Shown here piece by piece: positions 21,557 through 31,157 of a stretch of 64,000 bases of DNA (the stretch's first letter is position 1; each line of letters begins with the position of its first letter). The stretch is from Deltaproteobacteria bacterium. GTDB taxonomy: Bacteria; Myxococcota_A; Polyangia; Polyangiales; Houyiibacteriaceae. Made by a program: the position numbers and the translations under genes. The stretch lies in contig JAXMNT010000002.1 in the NCBI GenBank assembly GCA_034670305.1, positions 64,001-128,000 of the forward strand, read 5' to 3'. The notes beneath the pieces were generated by a model. The model saw nothing but the letters and a program-made list of their open reading frames with translations, was not told where the DNA came from and ran no database searches.

Positions 21557-22923
21557 CGACGGAAGGCGCGCCCGCCGCCGCCGAAGAAACGCCCCAGACG
21601 CCACCGACCCTGTGGGGTGCGCTCGGCCCTGGGTTGCTGTTCGCCGGTGCCGCCGTGGGGGTCTCGCACCTCGTGCAGTCCACGCGGGCAGGCGCGAACT
21701 ACGGCCTGGCGCTCCTCGGCTGCGTGTTGTTCGCCAACGTCTTGAAGTACCCGGCGTTCCGGTTCGGTCCGATGTACGCGGCGGCCACCGGCACCTCGAT
21801 GCTCGAGGGCTATCGACGGCGCGGGCGCTGGGCGCTGGTGCTCTATGCCCTGCTCACCCTCGCCACGATGTTCACCGTGCAGGCGGCGGTCACGTTCGTG
21901 ACGGCCGGGTTGCTGCTCCACATCACCGGCCTCGCGTGGAGTCCGATCTCCGCGTCGGCGGCGATCACCGCGGTGTGTGTGGGCGTGTTGACCCTCGGCC
22001 GGTTCACCTGGCTCGACCGGGTGACGAAGTTCGCAGTGCTGCTCTTCACGATCGCCACCTTCGCCGCGACCGCGATCGCGCTGCCTCAGGTGAACTGGAG
22101 TGGACCGCTGTGGCCGACCCAAGTCGGGCTGGTGGATCTCGCCTTCATGGCCGCGCTCATCGGATGGATGCCGAGCGCGATCGACGTGTCGGTCTGGCAG
22201 TCGCTCTGGACGCTGGCCCGCGCTCGGCGCACCGGACGTCCTTCGATGCGGACCTCCACGATGGACTTCCACATCGGCTACGTCGGGACCGCGCTCTTGG
22301 CGGTGTGTTTTCTCCTGCTCGGTGCCGCCGTCATGCACGGCCGCGAGGACTCGTTCGCCCATGGCGCGAGCCAGTTCGCCGGCCAGCTGGTCGATCTCTA
22401 CACCGCCAACCTCGGCGCCTGGAGCCGCCCGGTCATCGGGGTCGCCGCTTTGCTCGTGATGTTCTCGACCACGATCACCGTGGTCGACGGATTCCCGCGC
22501 GCGATCACCGTCCTCGTGCAGCGTTTTCGCAGCGCGGAGCGCCCGCTCGGCGCGCCCATGGAGGCCGCGGCTCTTGCGGCAGACAGCGACCCGTCCCCCG
22601 AAACACCAACGCCACCCCGCGACGAAGACGACGTGGACGGTACGTGGCTCTACTGGGCTGCGATCTCCGTGCTCGCCGCAGGCGCACTCGGTCTGCTGGG
22701 GTTCGTTCTGACATCGCTCGGGACCTTCGTGGACATCGCCACCACGGCGAGCTTTCTGACCGCGCCCCTTCTGAGTTTCCTGAACCACCGCGCCATGACC
22801 GGTCCCGAGGTCCCCGAAGCAGCTCGACCGCGGCCGTGGCTCCGCTATGCGAGTGTGCTCAGCATCCTCGTGCAGAGCGCGTTTGCGCTTTGCTACGTCT
22901 GGATCAAACTCGCCCTCAGCTAG
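21553..22923 (+). CDS. NRAMP-superfamily divalent metal transporter-like permease
   Basis: GPGLLFAGAAVGVSHLVQSTRAGA and GWMPS motifs; ~11 TM segments. Confidence 0.85.
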   Translation: MTTEGAPAAAEETPQTPPTLWGALGPGLLFAGAAVGVSHLVQSTRAGANYGLALLGCVLFANVLKYPAFRFGPMYAAATGTSMLEGYRRRGRWALVLYALLTLATMFTVQAAVTFVTAGLLLHITGLAWSPISASAAITAVCVGVLTLGRFTWLDRVTKFAVLLFTIATFAATAIALPQVNWSGPLWPTQVGLVDLAFMAALIGWMPSAIDVSVWQSLWTLARARRTGRPSMRTSTMDFHIGYVGTALLAVCFLLLGAAVMHGREDSFAHGASQFAGQLVDLYTANLGAWSRPVIGVAALLVMFSTTITVVDGFPRAITVLVQRFRSAERPLGAPMEAAALAADSDPSPETPTPPRDEDDVDGTWLYWAAISVLAAGALGLLGFVLTSLGTFVDIATTASFLTAPLLSFLNHRAMTGPEVPEAARPRPWLRYASVLSILVQSAFALCYVWIKLALS

Positions 22924-22944
22924 CCACCCGCTGGCCGCCTCACC

Positions 22945-23916
22945 TTGGACCTCCTACTCCCCGCACTCGCCGTCCTCGGAGGGTTTGTCGCCCTCGTCTG
23001 GGGCGCGGACCGCTTCGTCATGGGCTCGGCCGCCACCGCCCAGAACCTGGGGGTCTCGCCGCTGATCGTCGGCTTGACGATCGTGGGATTCGGCACCTCG
23101 GCGCCCGAGATGTTGGTGTCGAGCATCGCGGCCTACCGGGGCGCACCGGGGCTCAGCATTGGCAACGCGGTCGGCTCGAACATCGCGAACATCGCGCTCG
23201 TGCTTGGGCTCGCGGTGCTGGTGAACCCGCTCAAGGTGAACAAACACCTGATCCACAAGGAGCTCCCACTCCTGATCGTGCTGATGGTCGCCGCGGGCGG
23301 TTTGATGTGGGACCACGAGCTCGGTCGGATCGACGGCATCGTCCTGCTCGGTGGACTCTTCGGATTGATCGGGTGGATCGTTTGGGACGGGCTGCGCAGC
23401 CGCGAGATCCCGGAGGGGCTCGAAGACGAACTTCCAGGAGAGATGAAGACCACCACCGCCCTGCTCTGGGTGCTCGTCGGTCTGGCCGTCCTGCTGGGAA
23501 GCTCCGAGCTGCTCGTGTGGGGCGCCAAATCGATCGCCCGTTCGTTTGGCGTGACCGAGCGGGTCATCGGTCTGACGGTCGTCGCGTTCGGAACGAGTTT
23601 GCCCGAGCTCGCGGCGACGGTGGTCGCGGCGAAACGGAACGAACACGACATCGCGGTCGGGAACATCGTCGGCTCCAACATGTTCAACACGCTGGGGGTG
23701 CTCGGTCTGCCCGGCGTGATCCGCCCGGGCGTGGTCGAAGACTCGGTGCTGCACTTGGACTTCCCGTTCATGATCGGCGTGGCCGTTCTCTTCTGGCTGC
23801 TCGCCCGCGTGGTGCCGCCGACGTTCCGACTCAACCGTTGGCAAGGTGGCGTGCTCTTCGCCGCGTACTTCGTCTACTTGGGTCTGCTCTACTTCCTCGG
23901 GGTCGCGGGTCCGTGA
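22945..23916 (+). CDS. Ca2+/Na+ antiporter (YrbG/CaCA family)
   Basis: Two alpha repeats GTSAPE and GTSLPE, each with GNxxGSN. Confidence 0.93.
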   Translation: MDLLLPALAVLGGFVALVWGADRFVMGSAATAQNLGVSPLIVGLTIVGFGTSAPEMLVSSIAAYRGAPGLSIGNAVGSNIANIALVLGLAVLVNPLKVNKHLIHKELPLLIVLMVAAGGLMWDHELGRIDGIVLLGGLFGLIGWIVWDGLRSREIPEGLEDELPGEMKTTTALLWVLVGLAVLLGSSELLVWGAKSIARSFGVTERVIGLTVVAFGTSLPELAATVVAAKRNEHDIAVGNIVGSNMFNTLGVLGLPGVIRPGVVEDSVLHLDFPFMIGVAVLFWLLARVVPPTFRLNRWQGGVLFAAYFVYLGLLYFLGVAGP

Positions 23917-24533
23917 CCGACGCCCGACACGCGCCCGCGACCATGCGCAACCGCGCGCCGCTTGCCGAGGTGTTCCGACGCGTCCTTCCGCCGGGAGCCC
24001 GGGTGCTCGAGGTGGCCAGCGGCACCGGCGAGCACGCGGTGTACTTTGCGTCGGAGCTCGACGTGGTCTGGCAGCCGAGCGACGCAGACCCAGACGCACT
24101 CCGGAGCATCGAAGCCCACCGCCGGGCCTCGACCGATCCCGACGTCGCCGGTGGTGCGCGCTGTCATCCGCCGATCGCGATCGACGCGTCGTCGGTGCCT
24201 TGGTCGATCGAGGCGGATGCTGTGGATGCGATCGTGTGCATCAACATGATCCACATCTCGCCGTGGGACGCGTCGGTCGGCCTGTTCCAGAACGCCGGCG
24301 CCCTTCTCTCGTCCGGCGCACCGCTCCTCACCTACGGACCGTACCGCGTGAACGGCGAGCAGACCTCGGCGAGCAACGTGAAGTTCGAACAGTGGCTGCA
24401 CTCCCTCGACCCGAGCTTCGGCGTGCGCGACATCGACGATCTCCGGACGGTGGCGGCCGCCGCGGGGATCGAGCTCGACGCACGGGTGCCGATGCCGGCG
24501 AACAACTTCACGCTGGTGTGGCGCAAAGAGTGA
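23913..24533 (+). CDS. DUF938 family SAM-dependent methyltransferase
   Basis: APATMRN, LEVASGTGEH, WQPSD, INMIHISPW, YGPY and MPANN motifs. Confidence 0.9.
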   Translation: MTDARHAPATMRNRAPLAEVFRRVLPPGARVLEVASGTGEHAVYFASELDVVWQPSDADPDALRSIEAHRRASTDPDVAGGARCHPPIAIDASSVPWSIEADAVDAIVCINMIHISPWDASVGLFQNAGALLSSGAPLLTYGPYRVNGEQTSASNVKFEQWLHSLDPSFGVRDIDDLRTVAAAAGIELDARVPMPANNFTLVWRKE

Positions 24534-24597
24534 TCCCCGTGGCGGACGCTGCGAAGCACCGGACCGCTGCGCGCGCCTCGCCACCCTCTCGCCAGAC

Positions 24598-25485
24598 ATG
24601 ATCCGCATTCGCCGAGGCCCGCTCTTGATGTTGGGCGCGACGCTCGCGTTCACCATCATGGTGGCCTGCGTGAAAGAAGCCCGGGCGGAGATGGACGCCC
24701 TGGAGGTCATCGTCTGGCGCACGCTCGTCAGCGTGCCGCTGGCGCTCGCGCTCGTCTGGCGCATCGGGCTGCGCGTGAAGGCCAAGAAGTGGCTCTTGGC
24801 GCGGGTCACCCTCGGGTCGATCGCGATGGTGTGCTTCTTCACCGCTGCCAAAGGCCTCTCCGTCGGCGACCTCTCGATCGTCTCCCGCTTGCAGCCGATC
24901 GTGGTCGCGCTCGTCGCCCCGCTGGTGCTCGGCGTCGCGGAACGCGCCGGTGGTCGGGTCTGGGTCCTGCTGCTCACGGGACTGCTCGGTTGCGCGCTCA
25001 TCGTCGGTCCCGGCCTGCAAGTCGGCAACCTCTTCGGGCTCTACGCACTCGCCGCCACGGTGGCCTCGGCGGGGGCCCATGTGTGCGTGCGGCGGCTGGG
25101 TCGTTCGGACGATCCCCGCGTGGTCGTGGTCTGGTTTCAGCTCGCCGCATTCGCGTTCGCGCTGTTCGCGCAGTGGCTGTTGCACGGTTCGGAGGGCGTG
25201 TGGCTTCCGCTGCCTCCCCGACACCTGTGGTGGCCGATCGCCGGCATCGGCGTGTGCGCCACGCTCGGCCAGGTGCTGATGACCTTCGCCTACCGAGCGG
25301 AGCGGGCGCCGACCGTCGCTGCCGCAACCTATGCCGCGCCGGCGTTCGGCATCGCGATCGATCTCATCGTCTTCGCCGTGTACCCGACACCGCTCGCATT
25401 GCTGGGCGGGGTGATCGTGGTCGGCGCGGGGCTGGTGTTGGTGTTTCGGCGCGTGGAGGGCTCGAGCGACGCGCGGGATGTGTGA
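24598..25485 (+). CDS. DMT/EamA family transporter
   Basis: ~10 TM segments in two repeats; GQVLMTFAY. Confidence 0.88.
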   Translation: MIRIRRGPLLMLGATLAFTIMVACVKEARAEMDALEVIVWRTLVSVPLALALVWRIGLRVKAKKWLLARVTLGSIAMVCFFTAAKGLSVGDLSIVSRLQPIVVALVAPLVLGVAERAGGRVWVLLLTGLLGCALIVGPGLQVGNLFGLYALAATVASAGAHVCVRRLGRSDDPRVVVVWFQLAAFAFALFAQWLLHGSEGVWLPLPPRHLWWPIAGIGVCATLGQVLMTFAYRAERAPTVAAATYAAPAFGIAIDLIVFAVYPTPLALLGGVIVVGAGLVLVFRRVEGSSDARDV

Positions 25486-25492
25486 CGCGGAT

Positions 25493-25870
25493 GCCCGTGC
25501 CCGTGCCCGCGTGCCCGTGCCCGTGCCCGTGCCCGTGCCTGCTGGGCGCGACTTTGAACCCCGAAGCAGACGCCGAAGCCGATCCCGAAGCCGATCCCGA
25601 ATCCGAAGCCGAATCCGAAGCCGAATCCGAAGCCGATCCCGAAGCCGATCCCGAAGCCGATCCCGAAGCCGATCCCGAAGCCGATCCCGAAGCCGATCCC
25701 GAAGCCGATCCCGACCCCGTTCCCGAAGCCGATCCCGATCCCGATCCCGAAGCCGAAGCCGAAGTCGAAGCCGAAGCCGAAGCCGATCCTGAAGCCGAAT
25801 CCGAAGCCGAGCCCGAAGCCGAAGCCGAAGCCGAAGCCGAAATCCGATCCCGAAGCCGAAGCCGAATCCG
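25493..25870. repeat. Composite tract (GCCCGT)n plus hexamers and (GCCGATCCCGAA)n dodecamers
   Basis: Directly visible between convergent genes; same two-part architecture as 702-895. Confidence 0.9.
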
Positions 25871-25899
25871 ACCCCCGACCCTGAGTTTTGAAAGGCGAC

Positions 25900-28251
25900 T
25901 CAGTCCGGTGAGGGGGGCGAGGCTGGGAGGGCGCGGGCGGTGACGCGGTAGGCGCCGGTCGTGCCGGGAGCGTAGCTGTTGGCGAAGATGCGGTAGGTGC
26001 CGGTGGTGGGGGCGCGCCAAACGAGGCGGCTGTCGGTGCCGAGCGCGTCGTCGTTGCGCGCGATGCGTTCGTCCTCTGCGTCCACCAAGAGCAGGTAGGT
26101 GTCGAAGTCCTCGCTCGACATCGAGATCACGTAGGTGCGTCCCGCTTCGACCTCGATCGGGTACGGGTCGTAGAAGCTCTCGTCCCGCGCGCGCGCGTCG
26201 CCTTCGGCCAACAGCCCGGTCTCATCCAAGAGGAGCGCGCCGGCGAGCACGTTCTGCAACGTCAGTGTGTACGCACCGAGCCCCTCGTCCTGGGTCGAGA
26301 GGTTGGCCGCGACGAACACGACGCCGGTCGAGGTCGCGGTGTAGACGACACGGCTGGCCGCCTCGTTCAGTGGCGCCCCGGCCTGCAGGACCGTGCCTTC
26401 ATCGGACATCACGAAGGTCGCCGGTTGGAAGGACTCGGCGCCCATCTCGATCAGGTACGTCTCCCCCAGCGTGACCGGCAGCCAGTAGCGGTCCATCGGT
26501 GTGTCGTCTTCCCAGAATCGTGAAGACTCCGCATCGAGCACGCCTTCGACGGCCACTTCCGCCCGCAGCTCCGGATCGGTCAGCGCGGTGACGCTCAAGA
26601 CGTAGGCGCCCGTGCGCGCCTCCTGCTCGGAGGTCGCCACGAGCTCGACCTCGCCGGACGCCTCCGCACGCCATACGATCTGCGCCGTCGATCCGAGGCC
26701 TGGCGCGTCGTCGCTCGCCGCCATCTCCCAACCCCGCGCGCTCCGCAAGACCAGCGCCGGATCGACCGCGCGGCTCCGCATCGTCGCGACGTAGGTGGTG
26801 CCCGCTTCGACCTCCAGCGGGTACGCGTCCAAGTAGCTGCCGGTCTTCGGCAGCCGCTCGTCGGTCGCTTCCAGCAGCCCTTCGATCGGCGCACCGAACC
26901 CGAGCGTGGCCACAACCGGCGCCACCGGTCGCGGTTCCGGCTCCGGCCGCAGAACCACCACGAGCAGCGCGGTCAGGGTCGCGGCGAAGAGCAGCGCGAA
27001 GCCCCACGCCAGGAGCCGCGCACCGTCGCGCGCTCCACCCGGCGCACCGTTGCGCGGCGGCTCCCCCGCCTCTTCGAGCCGCTCGTTGTCGCTCTCCGAG
27101 TCCTCGAGCGCGCGTTTGGGAGACTGCACGCCCCACTCAGAATCGAGGGCATCCAGCGCCTTCACCAACTCGGTGGCGGTCTGAAAACGATCGACCGGCC
27201 TCTTCGCGAGCAACGTGTCGAGGATGCGCTGCAGACCCTCGTGCAGGTCGGGCACGGGCGCGGGCGCCTGAGTGGCGTGGGCCATGAGCTTCTTCAGCGT
27301 CAGTCGTTCCGCGAACGGCGGTGCACCGGTGAGCAAGAAGTAGAACGTGCAGCCGAGCGCGTAGAGATCGCTTCGGGCATCCGCGGCGTTCGGATCGTCG
27401 GCCTGTTCGGGCGCCATGTAGTCGAGGGAACCGACCAGCTCGTCCGCCCAGCGCGGACTGCGCTCGCCGCCCATCACGAGCCGCGCGAGACCGAGGTCGA
27501 CGACCTTCACCGTGCCCTCCCCGCGTCCGTCCTTGCTCGGCGGCTCGGGTGCCAAGAGCAGGTTCGAGGGTTTCACGTCGCGGTGCACGAGGCCGGCCGC
27601 GTGCGCGTGCTGCAGCCCCGCCGCAGCCTGGCGCAGATACGCCGCCGCGCGGGGTGCATCGAGCGGACCTTCGGCCGCCACGAGTTGCTGCAGATCGCCG
27701 CCCGGCACGTACTCCATCACGAGGTAGAGGCGGCCCTCGTGTTCGCTCGCGTGCATCGCCGCGACGACGTTGGGATGGGCGCCGAGCTTCGCGACCGCCT
27801 TGACCTCTTCCCGGAACCGCTCGAGGGCGCGCGGGTCCTCGGCGAGCACGGGGCGCATGACCTTGATGGCCACCTCGCGGTCGAGCACCGCGTGACGGGC
27901 GCAGTAGACCTCCCCCATGCCGCCGTAGCCGAGGAGCCGCTCGACCTCGCATTCGCCGAGTTTGGTGCCCGGGGAGAGGAAGCGCCGCTCGCTCGGCTTG
28001 GCGCCTTTGCGCGCACCTGCCGTCTCGTCCATCGACGCGTCCAGCTGGATGGACTGGGCGGCACCGAAGAGCGACCCGAGCACCTCCAGCTGACCCCGCA
28101 ACTCGTCGTCGAGCGCCATCCCATGTTGCTCGGCCCAGGCTTCCGGGGCCGGTGCGTCGCCGTGTTCGAGCGCCTCGACGTACCCATCCAGAAGCGCCAC
28201 GCGGGCCTCGACACTCGGCTCTTCGCTTTCGGGGCTCACGGAGGCGGCCAC
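25900..28251 (-). CDS. Membrane Hanks-type Ser/Thr kinase with three C-terminal PPC-like extracytoplasmic domains
   Basis: LGYGGMGEVY, VAIK, HRDVKPSN, DLG and MAPE motifs; TM helix LLAWGFALLFAATLTALLVVVL; repeats such as FDTYLLL..NDD..DSRL...G.Y. Confidence 0.93.
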   Translation of the reverse strand: MAASVSPESEEPSVEARVALLDGYVEALEHGDAPAPEAWAEQHGMALDDELRGQLEVLGSLFGAAQSIQLDASMDETAGARKGAKPSERRFLSPGTKLGECEVERLLGYGGMGEVYCARHAVLDREVAIKVMRPVLAEDPRALERFREEVKAVAKLGAHPNVVAAMHASEHEGRLYLVMEYVPGGDLQQLVAAEGPLDAPRAAAYLRQAAAGLQHAHAAGLVHRDVKPSNLLLAPEPPSKDGRGEGTVKVVDLGLARLVMGGERSPRWADELVGSLDYMAPEQADDPNAADARSDLYALGCTFYFLLTGAPPFAERLTLKKLMAHATQAPAPVPDLHEGLQRILDTLLAKRPVDRFQTATELVKALDALDSEWGVQSPKRALEDSESDNERLEEAGEPPRNGAPGGARDGARLLAWGFALLFAATLTALLVVVLRPEPEPRPVAPVVATLGFGAPIEGLLEATDERLPKTGSYLDAYPLEVEAGTTYVATMRSRAVDPALVLRSARGWEMAASDDAPGLGSTAQIVWRAEASGEVELVATSEQEARTGAYVLSVTALTDPELRAEVAVEGVLDAESSRFWEDDTPMDRYWLPVTLGETYLIEMGAESFQPATFVMSDEGTVLQAGAPLNEAASRVVYTATSTGVVFVAANLSTQDEGLGAYTLTLQNVLAGALLLDETGLLAEGDARARDESFYDPYPIEVEAGRTYVISMSSEDFDTYLLLVDAEDERIARNDDALGTDSRLVWRAPTTGTYRIFANSYAPGTTGAYRVTARALPASPPSPD

Positions 28252-28297
28252 GGTATCGCAAACCGGTGTGGTCCGGTCGAAACGTGCAGTCCATCCA

Positions 28298-28912
28298 TCA
28301 GGTCATCGCCGAACGAAGTTGTTTGAGCGCGCGGACCCAGAGTTGCCGGATGGCCGCCTCCGTCTTGTCGAGGCGCGCCGCGATGTCGCGGTGGGAAAGC
28401 CCCTCGAAGTGCCGAAGCTGCAAAACCTCTCGGTACTCGAGCGGAAGGCGGTCGATGGCCTCGAGCAGCTGCATCGCCTCCTGGCGGGTGGCGGCCTGTC
28501 GGCTTGGGGTCGGCTCGTGCGCCGGAAGGCGGGGCTTGTCGCCCCCCGGCCGACCGGTCTCCACCACGCTTCCCGCCACCGCCTTCTCCGCCGCGACGTT
28601 GCGGCGGTCCTGGTGCCAGAAGCGCAGGAGGTTGCGCGCCTCGTTGCGCACGATCGTCACCAGCCACTGCTGCCACTCGCCGGGCGAATCTCCGCGGAAC
28701 TGATCGAAGCGTTCGATCGCGGCGAGCAGACTCTGCTGAACCACATCGGTCACGTCGACCTTGCCCTCGAGCCGACCGGCGAGCACGCTCCGCGCGACCG
28801 CCCTCAGGTACGGCCGCAGCCCGTCCGCCGCCTCCCAGAGCGCATCCCGGTCGCCTTCGCGTGCGCGCACCAGCGCGTCGCGAATCGCCTCGTCTCGCTC
28901 CTCCCGGGTCAT
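28298..28912 (-). CDS. ECF sigma factor of the kinase-associated (planctomycete-like) type
   Basis: KVDVTDVVQQS, FRG..GEWQQWL, TPSRQA and LPLEYREVLQLRHFEGLSHRDIA motifs. Confidence 0.92.
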   Translation of the reverse strand: MTREERDEAIRDALVRAREGDRDALWEAADGLRPYLRAVARSVLAGRLEGKVDVTDVVQQSLLAAIERFDQFRGDSPGEWQQWLVTIVRNEARNLLRFWHQDRRNVAAEKAVAGSVVETGRPGGDKPRLPAHEPTPSRQAATRQEAMQLLEAIDRLPLEYREVLQLRHFEGLSHRDIAARLDKTEAAIRQLWVRALKQLRSAMT

Positions 28913-28949
28913 GCCACGCGAGCATACCGCGCCCCGGCCCCGCGCCCCG

Positions 28950-29082
28950 TCGGCGTCGGCATCGGCGTCGGAGTCGGCTTCGGCTTTCGGCTTCGGCTTC
29001 GGGTGTCGGCTTCGGCATCGGCATCGGATTCGGCTTCGGATTCGGCATCGGCATCGGCATCGGCATCGGCGTCGGCATCGGC
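28950..29082. repeat. Degenerate hexamer tract (GGCATC/GGCTTC)n immediately upstream of the sigma gene
   Basis: Directly visible. Confidence 0.88.
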
Positions 29083-29087
29083 CCCCC

Positions 29088-29123
29088 AAAAGGAACCGCC
29101 CGGACCGCTCACGCGGCCCGGGC
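29088..29123 (-). terminator. Intrinsic terminator after the metacaspase gene
   Basis: Minus strand GCCCGGGCCGC-GTGA-GCGGTCCGGGC-GGTTCCTTTT. Confidence 0.6.
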
Positions 29124-29154
29124 TCGTTTCCCGTTCGTTCGACCTTCGTCGACC

Positions 29155-30993
29155 TCAGCGCGCCGTCACCGTCAGGTCGTAGTTGCCGGTCGTCGCCGGT
29201 GCGTAGGGCTGGATGGCGATGACGTAGGTGCCGCTCGTCGGCGCGGTGAACTCGATGCGGCTCGAGAGGTCGTCCGGCGCGGCGTCGTCGTTCTGCGCCA
29301 CCACCCGGTCGCCCTGACGGAGCGTCATGACCGTGTCGGTGTGGCCGGAGACGCGGGTCTCGAGGAGGTAGCGGCGACCCGCTTCGACCTGGACTTCGTG
29401 TTCGGCGCCGCCGGTGCCGAGCGCGAGGCCGGTCAACGCAAGCACGTGGGTGCCGCCGGTGCTGGGCTGCGCGTTGGTCAGCGGCTGTCGGCGTGCGGCC
29501 AGCGTGTAGGTGCCAAGCGTCTCGGCTGCGTAGGGACGGACCTCGATGGCGTAGGTGCCTGCGGTCGGCACGTCGAACTCGACCCGGCTCGCGAGGTCGT
29601 CGGGCGAGACATCGTCGTTCTCACCGACCACGACGCTGTCGCGAAGCACGCGGACGACCGTGTCGGCCTGGCCCGTGAGCGCCCTCGTCTCGAGGATGTA
29701 GTGACCGGGCGCGAGTTCCAGCGACTGGGTGTCGCCCGCGGCGGTGAGCTGCAATCCCTGGCGTTCGAAGACGAGCTCGGTCGCGGTGGCCGGGGTGTCC
29801 GTCTGGGTCGGCGCGGCATCGAGCTGCGCGACGCGCAGACCGTAGCTGCCCAAGGTGCTCTCCGCGTAGGGACGCACCCGCACTTCGTAGCGGCCGGTGG
29901 TCGGCGCGGTGAACTCGACGCGGCTCGACAGGTCGCCCCGCGAGACGTCGTCGTTCTCGGCGACGACCTGTCCGTTGTGCACGAGTGCGAGCACGGTGTC
30001 GGCGGCGCCACCGAGCGCGTTCGTCTCGATGCGGTACCGCATGCCGGCAGTGAGTTCGATGGGGTGCGTGTTGCCGCTTGGGCTGAGCTGCTGTCCGAGG
30101 AAGCTCGCCACCTCGGTGCCGACCACGGTGGCTTGAGGAGCGACGAACTCGCCGGTGCCTTCGCCGACCTGCATCACGACCATGTCGGGACGTACGCCGG
30201 TGCGCTTGATGTCGATGAACTGGAAGCCGACGTTGCGGCCGGCCGGGTCCGACGCTTCGATGCTCGGAAGCCGGGCGGCCTCGCGGCGGATGAAGACCTC
30301 GATCTCGAGCGCGGTCAGCATGCCATCGCTGCTCTGCCCAAAGACGCCGTTGGCGGCCCCGTCCGCGCGGCCTTCGAGGGCCTGGGCGAGCAACAGACTG
30401 AGGTGGCCGCCCGCCTCCTGTGCGGGCACGGCGCTGGTCAGATCCTCATCGCTCGAGAGGAGGGTCATGCGACCGGCGCGGGCCCCGACGTCGAAGAGGA
30501 ACCCTCCGCTGAAGCAGGCGTCGATGCCGACCAGCGTGAGCCGGCTCTTGGTCCCGTCGAGGGCCGTGGCGAGCTCGTCGTCCGAGAGATCGCCGTCGTA
30601 GAGCGACAACACTTCGTCGAGCTGGTCGCCTTCGTCGCTGCTCTGATCTGCCACCGGCGAACCATGGCCGCTGAAGAAGAAGACCACGTTGTCTCCCTCG
30701 GTCGCTTCACGCTGCACCGTGGCAAGCGCCTGAATCACATTGGCGCGGGTGGCGTCGGCGTTCAGGAGCAAGTGCATCCGCAGCTTCTCGGCGGGCACGT
30801 TGCGAACGAGCGCCCGACCGATGCGTTCCGCGTCCACGTCCGTGCGTGCCAGCGGCGAACTCGGGTAGTCCGCGATGCCGACCAGCACCGCGTGGGTGCG
30901 GCCGGCCATCGGCGCCTCCGCATGCCCAAGGCTCGGGAGAAGAAGGGACGCTGCGATCGTGAGCGCGGCGAGAAGTCGTTGAATCTTGAACAT
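29155..30993 (-). CDS. Secreted caspase-family (peptidase C14) protease with three PPC domains
   Basis: GGAGG RBS; signal peptide MFKIQRLLAALTIAASLLLPSLGHA; catalytic FFFSGHG and IDACFSGG; three repeats DTV..L...VVAENDD..DLSSRVEF. Confidence 0.92.
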   Translation of the reverse strand: MFKIQRLLAALTIAASLLLPSLGHAEAPMAGRTHAVLVGIADYPSSPLARTDVDAERIGRALVRNVPAEKLRMHLLLNADATRANVIQALATVQREATEGDNVVFFFSGHGSPVADQSSDEGDQLDEVLSLYDGDLSDDELATALDGTKSRLTLVGIDACFSGGFLFDVGARAGRMTLLSSDEDLTSAVPAQEAGGHLSLLLAQALEGRADGAANGVFGQSSDGMLTALEIEVFIRREAARLPSIEASDPAGRNVGFQFIDIKRTGVRPDMVVMQVGEGTGEFVAPQATVVGTEVASFLGQQLSPSGNTHPIELTAGMRYRIETNALGGAADTVLALVHNGQVVAENDDVSRGDLSSRVEFTAPTTGRYEVRVRPYAESTLGSYGLRVAQLDAAPTQTDTPATATELVFERQGLQLTAAGDTQSLELAPGHYILETRALTGQADTVVRVLRDSVVVGENDDVSPDDLASRVEFDVPTAGTYAIEVRPYAAETLGTYTLAARRQPLTNAQPSTGGTHVLALTGLALGTGGAEHEVQVEAGRRYLLETRVSGHTDTVMTLRQGDRVVAQNDDAAPDDLSSRIEFTAPTSGTYVIAIQPYAPATTGNYDLTVTAR

Positions 30994-31109
30994 GGTGCAC
31001 CTCCGCGGTTCAGGCGCATGCGCCCGACCGGAAACCCCGCGGTGAAGCGCGCCCTCATCGGCCTTCGCTCCTTCCCGCTCACCACAACGGAAACCGTGGG
31101 GCCGGAGAT

Positions 31110-31137
31110 GTGACGAAAAAACTTCAGTCGGTTCCAC
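31110..31137 (-). promoter_or_regulatory. Candidate ECF-type promoter upstream of the metacaspase
   Basis: Minus strand GGAAC-N15-CGTCA in an AT-richer patch ~120 nt upstream of the ATG. Confidence 0.45.
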
Positions 31138-31157
31138 AACGTGAAAAACCCGAACGG

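Noticed and set aside
21525-23912. 1002-aa ORF as a fusion protein
   Set aside because: Off-frame Arg-rich read of two transporter genes; only the DUF938 part from 23913 is real
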